NCBI GenBank assembly: GCA_965116925.1
Contig: OZ220744.1
Coordinates: 6,379,757-6,443,756 of the forward strand
Source: Candidatus Poribacteria bacterium
GTDB taxonomy: Bacteria; Poribacteria; WGA-4E; PCPOR2b
Direction of reading: 5' to 3'
Length of the DNA: 64,000 nucleotides
Shown here: positions 1 to 9,940 of the stretch, one piece after another
Layout of the letters: every line of letters starts with the position of its first letter
Numbering within the stretch: position 1 is the stretch's first letter
Position numbers and translations under genes: made by a program
Notes under the pieces: generated by a model
What the model was told of the DNA's origin: nothing
Seen by the model: only the letters and a program-made list of their open reading frames with translations
Databases searched by the model: none

Positions 1-210
1 AACGGCATGTTTTCGAGAGTCCAGCATAGGAGTTATCAACAGGATCGCCTCAATTCGCAGCGTTTTTTTTAGCACTCTGTTCTTGAGAGTGCTAATGAAT
101 TAAACTACCATTTTTCAGGGGGATTTGTCAAGCAAAAAGGAAACGTAGCAGATGGGAAACTGGTTACGTCGGGAGTTTCAGAACAATCCGCTGGCTGCAG
201 AAATCCGCAA

Positions 211-257
211 GAACAGAAAGAAAAACAGCCTGAAACCGGGCTAACAATTTCAGGCTG
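211..257 (-). terminator. Rho-independent terminator candidate downstream of korB: 10-bp perfect stem cagcctgaaa/tttcaggctg (226-235/248-257), followed on the minus strand by tttttctttctgttctt
   Basis: Perfect inverted repeat plus a T-rich tract, read from the sequence. It lies directly 3' of the korAB operon on the minus strand. Confidence 0.55.
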
Positions 258-312
258 TTTGCAGATTGTGATTGATATAGATTGTGTTACGCTGAATGCC
301 TCACGGACTGGC

Positions 313-1212
313 TTACATCATCTGTTTGACGATGGATTCGCCTTGCTCCTTTGTAATGGCGAGATCCGTCTTTCTGCCGAGCGCGCCGTCCTGTAGGACC
401 GGTTCAAGGTCTTCCAGCGCGTCACGGGTGGTGTCCTCATAAAACAGACCGATAGGAATCTCATCGCCCCAAATCATTGCTTGTTGAAGCGCAGCTTGCA
501 TATCGGTGGGATCATGTCCTTCCTCTTCAAGTTTATTCACACGCTGCTTGAAGAAAGCGAAGGTATTGTCCTTATTAAAGGTGATACAGGGACTGAAGAC
601 ATCCAGGAGTGCAAATCCGTTATGCTCGATCCCTCTATACATCAATTCGGAGAGGTGTTTCGTGTCGCCGCTGAACCCGCGTGCCACATAAGTCGCGCCT
701 GAGAGGATCGCCAACGCGAGTGGGTTCAGGGGTTGTTCGACACTACCAAAGGGGGTGCTCTTCGTCTTCATGCCCATTCGGCTTGTCGGCGAGGTTTGAC
801 CAATGGTCAATCCGTAGATCTGGTTGTTCATCACAATGTACAAGACATCAATATTGCGGCGAACTGTGTGGAGGAAATGATTTCCGCCTATACCATATCC
901 ATCGCCATCGCCCCCTGTGACGATGACTTTCATCTCATGATTGGAGAGTTTCATACCTGTTGCCACAGCAAGTGATCGTCCGTGCAGGGTATGCATCCCA
1001 TAGGTGTTGATGAATCCGGGGAGGTTGGATGAACACCCAATCCCGCTAATCGTGATAAAGTCATGCGGTTCGCGCCCCGTTTTGGCGCAAGCCATTTCAA
1101 GGGCTCTCAATACACCGAAATCACCACAACCGGGGCACCAATCTGGGGAAATGCTTCCCTTAAAATCTTTCGCTGTTGGAGCCGCCTTTATAGGCTTTGC
1201 ATCGTTTGCCAT
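313..1212 (-). CDS. korB: 2-oxoacid:ferredoxin oxidoreductase beta subunit (TPP-binding)
   Basis: CPGCGDFG cysteine motif and the GDGDGYGIGGNHF thiamine-pyrophosphate motif. A 12-nt gap separates it from the alpha subunit gene upstream. Confidence 0.9.
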   Translation of the reverse strand: MANDAKPIKAAPTAKDFKGSISPDWCPGCGDFGVLRALEMACAKTGREPHDFITISGIGCSSNLPGFINTYGMHTLHGRSLAVATGMKLSNHEMKVIVTGGDGDGYGIGGNHFLHTVRRNIDVLYIVMNNQIYGLTIGQTSPTSRMGMKTKSTPFGSVEQPLNPLALAILSGATYVARGFSGDTKHLSELMYRGIEHNGFALLDVFSPCITFNKDNTFAFFKQRVNKLEEEGHDPTDMQAALQQAMIWGDEIPIGLFYEDTTRDALEDLEPVLQDGALGRKTDLAITKEQGESIVKQMM

Positions 1213-1223
1213 CTTATTCCTCC

Positions 1224-3005
1224 TTATACTACAATTTCTTGATACGGGATATACAACTCGGTCTTACCAGCCTCAATCTCTTTGGCACCATCAACGATAT
1301 GGTGTGGCATAAATGGCTCACCATCATATTTACGAATATGGCCATCAGCCTTGAAGCCGGTTTCGCCACGCAGGAAGCGAGCAAACTGACCGGTATAATT
1401 ACCTTCAACAACAATACCGTGCTTACACTTTGAGAGTACCTGATTCACCTTCTCTTCGTCCAGCGGATAGAGCCAGCGGAAGTGAATATGGTTCGTGCTG
1501 TACCCTTCTGCTCTGAGCAGACTTGCCGCTTCGTCGATGAGGCTGTCTGTGGAACCCCAACCAATCAAGGTAAGTTCTGCATCTTCAGGACCCGTGAGCG
1601 TGGGAGCTGGCAAATCAGCCATAATACCATCCATCTTACGCTGACGTTTTTCCATGATGTCCCGACGTTTGTGCGGATTTGTGAACTCGTCACTGATCAA
1701 TACGCCATCTTCATCGTGGTCATCCGTTGCCACAACATGGACATGCCCTGGTGTTCCGGGCAATGCTCGTGGAGAAATACCGCTCTCCGTAATCTTAAAC
1801 CGCTGATACTTATCGTCTGAACCGTTTTCTTCGGTGATGATCTCGCCCCGATCGATTTTCTGCTCCCACTTAATAAGGTCTGGATCGATATTTGTGTATC
1901 CCATGGAGAGTGTGAGATCGGAAAGTACCATCCCCGGGCACTGATATTTATCGGCTAAATTGAAGAGTTCTGGAATCACATCGAAGCCATCAACGATACT
2001 GGTTGGCGCGACAATAATTTTTGGGAAGTCGCCTTGGCTGGCACCAAGCAGCTGCCACAGGTCGCCTTGTTCGGTCTTGGTCGGTAGCCCAGTGGAGGGC
2101 CCGCCGCGTTGGACGTTAATAAAAACTACCGGAATTTCCATCATACCGGCACTTCCGATAGCCTCGGTCATCAGCGCGAAACCGCCGCCGGAGGTTGCAC
2201 ACATCGCACGACATCCACCGTGGGCAGCGCCGATTGCCATATTCGCGACACCGATTTCGTCCTCAACCTGCCGAACCATGATTCCCAAGTCGCGGGCATT
2301 GGCAGCCATCCAGTGCAATACACCGGTCGAAGGACTCATCGGGTAGGCACAATAGAATTTAACCCCAGCTGCTGCGCCCCCCATTGCCATCATGTCGTTG
2401 CCGGTTGTCACCGCTAGCGGTTTGTCTTGCATTGGCAGTGATGTAGGGAACGGTGTGAAATGTTCAGCAGCATGGTCAAACCCTGCTCTAGCGATACCGA
2501 CGTTTTCGTCGACAACTGCCTGACCTTTTCGCTGGAACTGGATCGTTAAAATATTCTCCAACTGTTCCAAGCCAGCACCCAGCATATTAAGCGCGGCACC
2601 GAGCAGCAGCGTATTCAGCATGATCCGGTTTCGGCTGTTGTTGGACAACTCCTTAAAGGAGAGCGGACATAACTGAACGCCCTCGGGGACATCTGCTTCT
2701 GGCTTCGTATTGTCGCTGTTGTAAAGAATCGCCCCACCGGGGACAACGTTCTGAAGATGCTTGTCCATTGCGTCTTGGTTCAACGCAATGACCAAATCAA
2801 TCTTATCACCATGGTTAGCAATGGGTTCGGAGCAGAGCCGCATGGTTAAAAAGGTGTGGCCTCCACGGATGAGGGATTGGTAGGCACTATAAGTGAACGC
2901 ATAGATGCCACGACGTGCACAAATCCTCAACAGTAACGGTCCACTACTCTCAATACCCTGGCCGGGTGCTCCACCCATACCAATGGCAAAATCGTAATTT
3001 CCCAT
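1224..3005 (-). CDS. korA: 2-oxoacid:ferredoxin oxidoreductase alpha subunit
   Basis: 593 aa with the typical KorA/PorA domain order and a GGxGxG region. It is operonic with korB. Confidence 0.9.
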   Translation of the reverse strand: MGNYDFAIGMGGAPGQGIESSGPLLLRICARRGIYAFTYSAYQSLIRGGHTFLTMRLCSEPIANHGDKIDLVIALNQDAMDKHLQNVVPGGAILYNSDNTKPEADVPEGVQLCPLSFKELSNNSRNRIMLNTLLLGAALNMLGAGLEQLENILTIQFQRKGQAVVDENVGIARAGFDHAAEHFTPFPTSLPMQDKPLAVTTGNDMMAMGGAAAGVKFYCAYPMSPSTGVLHWMAANARDLGIMVRQVEDEIGVANMAIGAAHGGCRAMCATSGGGFALMTEAIGSAGMMEIPVVFINVQRGGPSTGLPTKTEQGDLWQLLGASQGDFPKIIVAPTSIVDGFDVIPELFNLADKYQCPGMVLSDLTLSMGYTNIDPDLIKWEQKIDRGEIITEENGSDDKYQRFKITESGISPRALPGTPGHVHVVATDDHDEDGVLISDEFTNPHKRRDIMEKRQRKMDGIMADLPAPTLTGPEDAELTLIGWGSTDSLIDEAASLLRAEGYSTNHIHFRWLYPLDEEKVNQVLSKCKHGIVVEGNYTGQFARFLRGETGFKADGHIRKYDGEPFMPHHIVDGAKEIEAGKTELYIPYQEIVV

Positions 3006-3313
3006 TTTATATCCTTTCTATCATAGGTTTTCCACCTATTTGAAAACCGCAAATTAACAAAGCCAAATTTCCCCTGTGTCGTGAGGGAGGAGAAATTTGC
3101 TTCTGACTATACCAAATTCAGGAGTGCTGTTCAAAAATTGGTTGAATATTTAAGTGAATACAAGTTTTTATAGTTGAATTAGGTCTGGACAGCAAAAAAC
3201 CATATTAAGCATACCACATCCTACCTTATTTTTCAAATGAATTCTATACAACTAGCGACATCCCGTGCGTCCGTTGAGGGAAGATGTTTTCTTTTCAAGC
3301 CCCAATTTTAATT

Positions 3314-3907
3314 TCACAGCTCGCCCAACGCTTTTTCTGCTTCAGGTGTTCCAATTTCTGACAACGCAAAAGCGACATGTTCGCGGACTCGATCGGATTC
3401 ATCAGTCAAGGTGGCTATCAGAGCCGGCACAGCGTCGCTCGCAGCCTCACCGACATTTGCCAGTCCAATCGCGGCGTAGGTGCGAATATCTATTTCATCG
3501 TCGCCGAGTGCCCGAATCAGAGCCGGTACAACAGCTTGGGTAGACTGTGCAATGGTGCTCAATGCGCGGACAGCATATTCGCGGACGGGGTCATAGGTGT
3601 CGTTTAATGCCTCAATTAAAGCCGGAACGGCAGGTTCTCCAATTCGAGCGACGGCGTCGGATGCGTTGAGCGCGACATGCCTGAATTCATGAGCAAACGT
3701 ATCTATCAAAGCGGGAACGGCGGGTTCTCCAATCTGTGCTAGGGCGTCAGCTGCACCATCGCACACATCCCAAATCACGTTTTCTAACGCCGCTATCAGA
3801 TCAGTCACCGCAGATTCACCAATCTCAACCAAGGCTGCAATCGTCGCTTCTCGATCCTCGTCATATTCCAACTGTTCAATCAATTCATCAATATCGTAAT
3901 CTTCCAT
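3314..3907 (-). CDS. HEAT-repeat (PBS-lyase-like) protein
   Basis: Five or more tandem ~30-aa repeats of the form AVPALIxAL...D..VR..A..AL..IG. Confidence 0.75.
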   Translation of the reverse strand: MEDYDIDELIEQLEYDEDREATIAALVEIGESAVTDLIAALENVIWDVCDGAADALAQIGEPAVPALIDTFAHEFRHVALNASDAVARIGEPAVPALIEALNDTYDPVREYAVRALSTIAQSTQAVVPALIRALGDDEIDIRTYAAIGLANVGEAASDAVPALIATLTDESDRVREHVAFALSEIGTPEAEKALGEL

Positions 3908-3970
3908 AAAATATCCTTAGCAGCGTCTGCTGACGGAATTACCTTCTTTTCTTCAGTTTAGACGTTTCGT

Positions 3971-5089
3971 TCATCCTTCCAGTGCGAGTAAAAAAGGATT
4001 TTCCAACACGTCAATCAACCGACGCAAAAAACGGGCTGCATCGGCACCATCAATCAAGCGATGGTCGTAGGAAAGGGCAAGCGGCAACATTAGACGCGGC
4101 TGAAATTGGTCGTTGATAAATACCGGTTCAATCTGACTGCGGGAAACACCGAGAATAGCAACTTCGGGGTAGTTGATTATCGGGGCAAAGTTTGTCCCAC
4201 CGACATTGCCAAGGTTGCTTATCGTGAAGGTTCCGCCCTGCATCTCTTCCAAACCGAGTTTCCTATTTCTTGCCTTCTCCGCTGCCTGATTCAACTCAGT
4301 TGCTAATTCGGTAATGTTTTTCTGATCGACATTGCGGATAACGGGTACTAGAAGCCCTTGTGGCGTGTCCACTGCTACACCGATATGATAATATCTCTTG
4401 TAGATAATCTCTGCTCTATCCATATCCACGCTTGTGCAGAACTGCGGGAACTGTTTCAACGTGCCTGCAGCAATTTTGAGGAGTATTGCTGTGATGGTGA
4501 GTTTGCCGCCGGCAGTCTCAACTTTTGAGCCGTACTGTTTTCGGAGTTTTTCTAGCTCTGTGATGTCCGCCTTATCGAAATTCGTGACATGCGGAATCAT
4601 CCCCCAAGCGGTAGCCATATGTTTCGCGGTGGCACGGCGTATCCCTCCCATCGCTACCCGCTCAATTTCGCCCCATTTCGAGAAATCAAGTAGCGTTTCA
4701 GCGGTTTCAGTGGGTGGTTGCGCTTTGGCTGCTGCAATGGTTGGTATCTCTTCCCGTTTTTCCACGCTGGCAGGTGGAGGCGACGCCACCTTGGGAACAG
4801 GAGTCGTTTTCTGCGGTGTCATTAAGGGTTTGGGCCCTTCTTCGCCCGTTCCCTCCGTGTCAACCGTGAGAATCGGCTTTCCAACCTCCACGATTCCACC
4901 TTCCTCCACATGAATCGCCGTGATGGTGCCGCTGATGGAAGAGGGTATTTCGATAGCAGCCTTATCTGTTTCAATCTCTAGGACCGGTTGATCCACTTCG
5001 ATTGTGTCTCCGACAGACACTAGCAGGGCAACGACATCGCCGGCGTCAATGTCTTCTCCGAGTTCGGGGAGGTTAAATTCGATTGTCAT
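3971..5089 (-). CDS. 2-oxoacid dehydrogenase E2 component (dihydrolipoyllysine acyltransferase). The likely start is the internal Met of MTIEFNLPELGE, whereas the ORF track extends to 5206.
   Basis: Lipoyl domain IETDKAAIEIPS, an Ala/Pro-rich linker, and a catalytic domain with DHRLIDGA. No E1 or E3 gene is adjacent in the window. Confidence 0.85.
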   Translation of the reverse strand: MTIEFNLPELGEDIDAGDVVALLVSVGDTIEVDQPVLEIETDKAAIEIPSSISGTITAIHVEEGGIVEVGKPILTVDTEGTGEEGPKPLMTPQKTTPVPKVASPPPASVEKREEIPTIAAAKAQPPTETAETLLDFSKWGEIERVAMGGIRRATAKHMATAWGMIPHVTNFDKADITELEKLRKQYGSKVETAGGKLTITAILLKIAAGTLKQFPQFCTSVDMDRAEIIYKRYYHIGVAVDTPQGLLVPVIRNVDQKNITELATELNQAAEKARNRKLGLEEMQGGTFTISNLGNVGGTNFAPIINYPEVAILGVSRSQIEPVFINDQFQPRLMLPLALSYDHRLIDGADAARFLRRLIDVLENPFLLALEG

Positions 5090-5265
5090 ATCTGTTACCC
5101 GTAGAATATGAAACGTGAAAGGTGAGATGTGAAAGGCGGAAACCATTGGTTCATTGGTACGGTCCGGCCTACCGTTACGGCGTTGGGTTTTAGAGCTCCG
5201 GTTCAACCCAATCTACGTGCGGCACGGTTGTCGCACCACTGAGGCTATGGATCGGGTGAGACGGC

Positions 5266-6228
5266 TTACCTATTAGATAGGGCAAGTTCTTCTTTTAACT
5301 GCAAGAGTTGTGCTTCTGGAAGATTGGTGATTTCAGAAATGAGCGTCATTTCCATTCCTTTGGCAAGCATTGCCTTTGCAGTTTCAATCTTCTCTTCAAT
5401 TCTGCCTTCCTGCTTGCCCTTCTGTTCACCCTCAAGCAGCCCTTCCTGCTTACCCTCACGCAAACCGTTTTGAAAAAAACGCTGCCTCTCCTTCTCTAAT
5501 GCTGTGACTAACATCGTCTTCACCTCCTCTTCAGTCCGATAAATGGACTCCAATGACTCATAATCGTCAGATTCAATTCGTCCGTGAAAAGCTAACTGCC
5601 TAAACCAGTTTAAGAACAGACTCACCGCCTGTCTATCCGCCTCCGCCGAAAACACATTCAGCAGCTCCGCCTCTAGCACATCTAAGTTGTAATGGGATTC
5701 TGCCAGAAACAACGTTGATACGATGTTTCGGATTTTTAACAACGCCTCCTGACTGTATTGGTTTTCAGCAATCAGGAAATACTGAAAATCTAACGCGAAC
5801 CTACCGAGTGGTGGTGTCCGCTCAATTAACGCCGAAAGATTGACCGGTGCCGTCCAACGTGCCTCTCCATTGTACAGCACAATTGGAAAGACCGCCGGCA
5901 GTTTGTTGACACCGCTGTTATTGACGAGAAAATCCATGTAAAAGTTGGTGATATAGTTCAGCACCCGCAACGCCATGAACGGGTCAACGGTAGATTGAAA
6001 CTCGATGAGAATATAAATATAGACCTCGCGGTCCTGAAACTGGATTTTGTAGATTAAATCACTCTCGGTTTCTTTGTAGTGTTCGGAGATAAAGGATTTA
6101 TCCAAAGGTTCACAGGTGTCGAAATCGAGCGAATGGACCCATTCTTGGTTGACGAAGGTTTCAAGGAGTTGTCGAAAGATGGTCCGATTTGAGAATAGTT
6201 TCTTATAGCCGCTGTCGTGAATATTCAT
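5266..6228 (-). CDS. Rpn-family recombination-promoting nuclease / putative transposase (PD-(D/E)XK, YhgA-like) with a Glu/Lys-rich C-terminal repeat tail
   Basis: Transposase_31-like N-terminal half (DLIYKIQFQDREVYIYILIEFQS...) and a DUF4351-like EGKQEG repeat tail. The ORF begins with GTG-ATG. Confidence 0.65.
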   Translation of the reverse strand: MNIHDSGYKKLFSNRTIFRQLLETFVNQEWVHSLDFDTCEPLDKSFISEHYKETESDLIYKIQFQDREVYIYILIEFQSTVDPFMALRVLNYITNFYMDFLVNNSGVNKLPAVFPIVLYNGEARWTAPVNLSALIERTPPLGRFALDFQYFLIAENQYSQEALLKIRNIVSTLFLAESHYNLDVLEAELLNVFSAEADRQAVSLFLNWFRQLAFHGRIESDDYESLESIYRTEEEVKTMLVTALEKERQRFFQNGLREGKQEGLLEGEQKGKQEGRIEEKIETAKAMLAKGMEMTLISEITNLPEAQLLQLKEELALSNR

Positions 6229-6231
6229 CAC

Positions 6232-6324
6232 TATAGTAGATTTGAGAATTAATTAGACATTGTGAACGAGCCCCGATAGACCGGGATTCACCGAATTAGG
6301 GCACACGGTGTGTGCCTACTACTA
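6232..6324. repeat. Partial copy of MITE-like family T (TATAGTAGATTTGAGAATTAATTAGACA head, ending in the hairpin gggcacacggtgtgtgcc)
   Basis: About 80 % identity to 23140-23233. The head matches the terminal inverted repeats (TIRs) of the elements at 23140-23346 and 29033-29320. Confidence 0.6.
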
Positions 6325-6433
6325 GCAACTTGAGTTAAGATACAGTAATTATACATTCTCCTGCCTTCACGAGTCAACCGAGAGAAGAAATAGATCGCTC
6401 AATATCGGGACACCCCTCTAAGTGGAAGGGCTA

Positions 6434-8176
6434 TCACACGATTACTTCCTCCAGCCCTGTTTTGAGGAGTTGTGAAAATCGTGAATTTGGGTCTCCGACA
6501 AGGCGTTCCCGCTCTCCATGCTCTTGGATTTCGCCATCTTCCAAGATCATTATTTCATTGACCCGTTCAACAGTACCGAGACGATGGGCAATGATAATGC
6601 CTGTTCGGTTACGGAGCAGCTTTTGAACCGCACGATCAATCTGTTGTTCGGTTGCCGGATCCAGTCGGGACGAAGGTTCGTCAAGGATAATGATTCCCGG
6701 ATCTTTGAGAAATACCCGCGCAAATGCGAGCAATTGCGCCTCTCCAGCGGAAAGCTCTCCAGAAGCGATTACAGTATCAAGCCCGTTTGACAGCGACGCA
6801 TACCATTCTGACAACCCCAGTTCTTCAATGACACTCAAAATCTGTGAGTCAGTGATTTCAGCGTTGAAAAGTGTGATGTTGTCCCGGACAGATGAATAAA
6901 AAAGGTGAACATCTTGCGTGACCAACCCCACATTTTGACGTAGGTTATCTTGCTGCACCTTCATTATCGGCATACCGCCCAGACGGATTTCGCCTATATT
7001 TGGCTCGTAGAACCGAAACAGTAAGCGAGTCATAGTTGTTTTGCCGCTACCCGTCCGCCCCAACAGACCGAGGACTTTGCCCGGTGCTAGGCTAAAGGAG
7101 ATCTTTTTTAGAACGGGCTCGCCTTCAGTGTAGTTGAATGTTACCCCATCAAATTCGATTGAGATTGCACCTGAGGCGGGCAGTGTTTCCGTTCCGTCTT
7201 GAATGTGAGCGGTTGTACGCTGCAAGGTCTCGATTCGTTTTAAGCCCGCTGTCGCCTTCTGAAGATCGTTAAGTTGGCGACCGATTTGGTCAAGCGGATG
7301 CCGGAACATAGCGGTATAATAGATGGCCATCATGACTGTGCCGATCGTAAACGTTCCTTCCTGAAAGAGATAGATACACATACTCATCGAAATCGCAAGT
7401 CCTAGGGCAAACATAATCGTCGTGGTTGCCCGCACAATCTCGCCCATAATCTGGGACCTCAGTACCCGTCTGTAAGCATCACTGTTGACATCGTAGAACC
7501 GATCCATCGTATAGGCGCTTCCACCGTTTGTCCGAATGTCTTCAATCCCAACCAGCCGCTCTTCTATAAAGCCGTACAGTTTGGAATAACCCTCTCGCTC
7601 GGCGGTGTACGCTGGAATGGCGACGCTTCGTATGAGGTTGCAGATGACAAACGCAATAATTACAAACGCTGTTAGTGCAATACCCAGCCGCAGATCCTCT
7701 CGGGAGAGTACGATGAGGACGCCAATTAGGAGAAAAGTGTTGCCGATAACCTGCAACACAAATTCCGAGAAGAAGTTTGAGAGTGCTGTTGTATCACCGT
7801 CCACGCGTTCAACCATCTCTCCGGGGGTATATTGGTGATGAAACGACATGTCGAGATTCAGACAGTGAAACGCTAAATTCTCTCGCATCCGATTGGTTAC
7901 TCGCCAACCTACATCCTGCCCCATATAGGAACTAATCAGCATGATAATTTGCCCAAAGATGCCAACTGCAAGGAATAACCCACCGGCGACAAACAGATTT
8001 CGGAGCGCGCCCCCGGCTTTTGCCATATCAATGAAGTCGCGAAGAATCCACGGACCGTACAACCTTAAACCAATCCCACCAAAAATGAAAACAGCAAGTA
8101 GGATCACCCGAAACCACAGGGGTTTAAGATAGTACGCAAGGAGTGAGATGTATTGTCTAAGTGGTACTCTTTGCAA
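6434..8176 (-). CDS. ABC transporter, fused permease/ATPase (type I exporter, MsbA-like)
   Basis: Six-helix transmembrane domain followed by Walker A GRTGSGKTT, the LSAGEAQ signature and Walker B ILDEPSS. Confidence 0.9.
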   Translation of the reverse strand: MQRVPLRQYISLLAYYLKPLWFRVILLAVFIFGGIGLRLYGPWILRDFIDMAKAGGALRNLFVAGGLFLAVGIFGQIIMLISSYMGQDVGWRVTNRMRENLAFHCLNLDMSFHHQYTPGEMVERVDGDTTALSNFFSEFVLQVIGNTFLLIGVLIVLSREDLRLGIALTAFVIIAFVICNLIRSVAIPAYTAEREGYSKLYGFIEERLVGIEDIRTNGGSAYTMDRFYDVNSDAYRRVLRSQIMGEIVRATTTIMFALGLAISMSMCIYLFQEGTFTIGTVMMAIYYTAMFRHPLDQIGRQLNDLQKATAGLKRIETLQRTTAHIQDGTETLPASGAISIEFDGVTFNYTEGEPVLKKISFSLAPGKVLGLLGRTGSGKTTMTRLLFRFYEPNIGEIRLGGMPIMKVQQDNLRQNVGLVTQDVHLFYSSVRDNITLFNAEITDSQILSVIEELGLSEWYASLSNGLDTVIASGELSAGEAQLLAFARVFLKDPGIIILDEPSSRLDPATEQQIDRAVQKLLRNRTGIIIAHRLGTVERVNEIMILEDGEIQEHGERERLVGDPNSRFSQLLKTGLEEVIV

Positions 8177-8282
8177 GCGGATTTTGTCCTTTCATCAAAG
8201 CGAGTAATCCTAGAAGCGGGGTCATTTAGTGGAACATCGGGATTCGGAGATCCCTCCTACATGAGAACTATATGCCCCTATC

Positions 8283-9701
8283 CTAGAGAATATCCGCTTT
8301 AATCATGTTCGTCGTTCCCGGCACATCCGCCGGTATCCCCGCGATGATAACCACCTGATCCCCCATCTGGGCAAGCCCTGATTTCAATACGGCTTGCTTT
8401 GCACTTGCAATCATCGTGTCTGTGTCAGGCGCGAATTCAATTGAGACCGGGAATGCCCCCCAAAAGAGCCCTACACGCCGGAGCGTAGTTTCATAAGGAC
8501 TGACAACTGCAATCGGTGCAGGTGGACGATATTTAGCCACTAGTCTCGCGGTTTGACCTGACCGTGTGCAGCAAATAATTACTTTTGCGCCAATTTCTAT
8601 AGAGGTGTGACAAGCAGCGTGTGCAATTGCATCCGGCACGTTCTCTTCAAGGGTGATGGGTTGGCGTTTGAAGTATTCTACGTAGTCGATGGTAGTTTCA
8701 GTTGTCGTGGCAACTTGAGCCATTGTTCGGACTGCGTCAGAGGGGTATTTGCCGATAGCCGTCTCTCCGGAAAGCATTAAGGCGTCCGTGCCATCGAGAA
8801 TCGCGTTAGCGATGTCTGTGACCTCTGCTCGTGTGGGACGTGGGTTGACAATCATTGATTCAAGCATCTGGGTTGCGGTGATGACTGGCTTACCCACAAG
8901 GTTTGCCCACTTGATAATCTCCTTTTGGATGAGCGGCACTTCAGGAAGGGGGACCTCTAACCCCAAATCCCCTCTAGCGACCATCACACCGTCTGCTTCA
9001 GTGAATATTTTATCTAAGTGATCCAATGCCTCACGTTTTTCTAGTTTGGCGATAATCGGTATATCGGAATCGTGTTGTTGAAGGATTGATCTAAGGTTCT
9101 GAAGGTCCGCGGCACTTCTGATAAAGGATTGGGCGACCCAATCAACGCCGTGATCAATTCCAAAGCGCAGATCCTCGACATCTTTTGGGGTTGGAATGGG
9201 AGTTTGTAGTGAGATATCGGGAACACTGATCCCCTTGTTTGAACGGAGCAGCCCACCGGCGATGACTTCGCAGATGATATCTGTGCTTGTAGTCGAAATC
9301 ACGCACAACTCAATCTCTCCATCCGCCAATAAAATGCGATTTCCCGGTTTAATGTCGGCAACCAATTCGGGATAGCTGATTGATACGGTGTTGAGATTGC
9401 CGACGATTTCCTGTGTTGTGAGAGTGAACTTTGCATTCGGGGATAACTCAATTGGCTCGTCCGAGAATTTGCCGATTCGCATCTTTGGTCCCGAGAGATC
9501 TTGCAAAATTGGTATTCTCACGCCGAGCTGCTTGGATGCTGTTTTCAGATGGGCGATGGTTTGTGCATGATCGGCGTGTGAGCCGTGGGAGAATGAAATT
9601 CTTGCGACATTCATCCCTGACTCAATCAGTGAACGTAACATTTCTGGTGAGCTGCTAGCGGGACCGATCGTACAAACAATATTTGTGCGTTTCCGTTGCA
9701 T
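8283..9701 (-). CDS. pyk: pyruvate kinase
   Basis: IVCTIGPAS N-terminus and typical pyruvate-kinase barrel and C-terminal domains, 472 aa. Confidence 0.9.
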   Translation of the reverse strand: MQRKRTNIVCTIGPASSSPEMLRSLIESGMNVARISFSHGSHADHAQTIAHLKTASKQLGVRIPILQDLSGPKMRIGKFSDEPIELSPNAKFTLTTQEIVGNLNTVSISYPELVADIKPGNRILLADGEIELCVISTTSTDIICEVIAGGLLRSNKGISVPDISLQTPIPTPKDVEDLRFGIDHGVDWVAQSFIRSAADLQNLRSILQQHDSDIPIIAKLEKREALDHLDKIFTEADGVMVARGDLGLEVPLPEVPLIQKEIIKWANLVGKPVITATQMLESMIVNPRPTRAEVTDIANAILDGTDALMLSGETAIGKYPSDAVRTMAQVATTTETTIDYVEYFKRQPITLEENVPDAIAHAACHTSIEIGAKVIICCTRSGQTARLVAKYRPPAPIAVVSPYETTLRRVGLFWGAFPVSIEFAPDTDTMIASAKQAVLKSGLAQMGDQVVIIAGIPADVPGTTNMIKADIL

Positions 9702-9829
9702 ATTATATTTTTTATGTTGGCTGCTATATGTTCCGAAAAATGTACGGTTATGGACATTCTATCAGGATTAATTACCCCGATCAAGCGAAAAAGCGGTAAA
9801 AAATTGGCACTTGATTTCAAAGATAAACT

Positions 9830-9858
9830 TTGCTACACTCTTTGAACGTTTCTATACT
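9830..9858 (+). promoter_or_regulatory. Sigma-70-like promoter candidate TTGCTA-N17-TATACT upstream of the histidine kinase gene
   Basis: -35 at 9830-9835 and -10 at 9853-9858, about 85 nt upstream of the ATG at 9941. Confidence 0.3.
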
Positions 9859-9940
9859 TGATAATTAGCATAAATTCTTTGGAAAATCGATCCTAGTATC
9901 TTCGCACTGATATCTCCAATAACTGATCTACAAACCATCA

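Noticed and set aside
4434-4913. 159-aa plus-strand ORF inside the E2 gene (and the many similar antisense or embedded ORFs in the track, e.g. 1960-2346, 6518-6790, 12808-13374, 26690-27103, 57832-58191)
   Set aside because: They lie entirely antisense to, or embedded in, well-supported conserved genes. They lack RBSs and are typical shadow ORFs of moderately GC-rich DNA.
9702-9940. Sigma-54-like TGGCAC-N5-TTCAA at 9805-9820 upstream of the histidine kinase
   Set aside because: The -12 element lacks the conserved GC (TTCAA instead of TTGCA). The sigma-70-like candidate nearby is a better fit.
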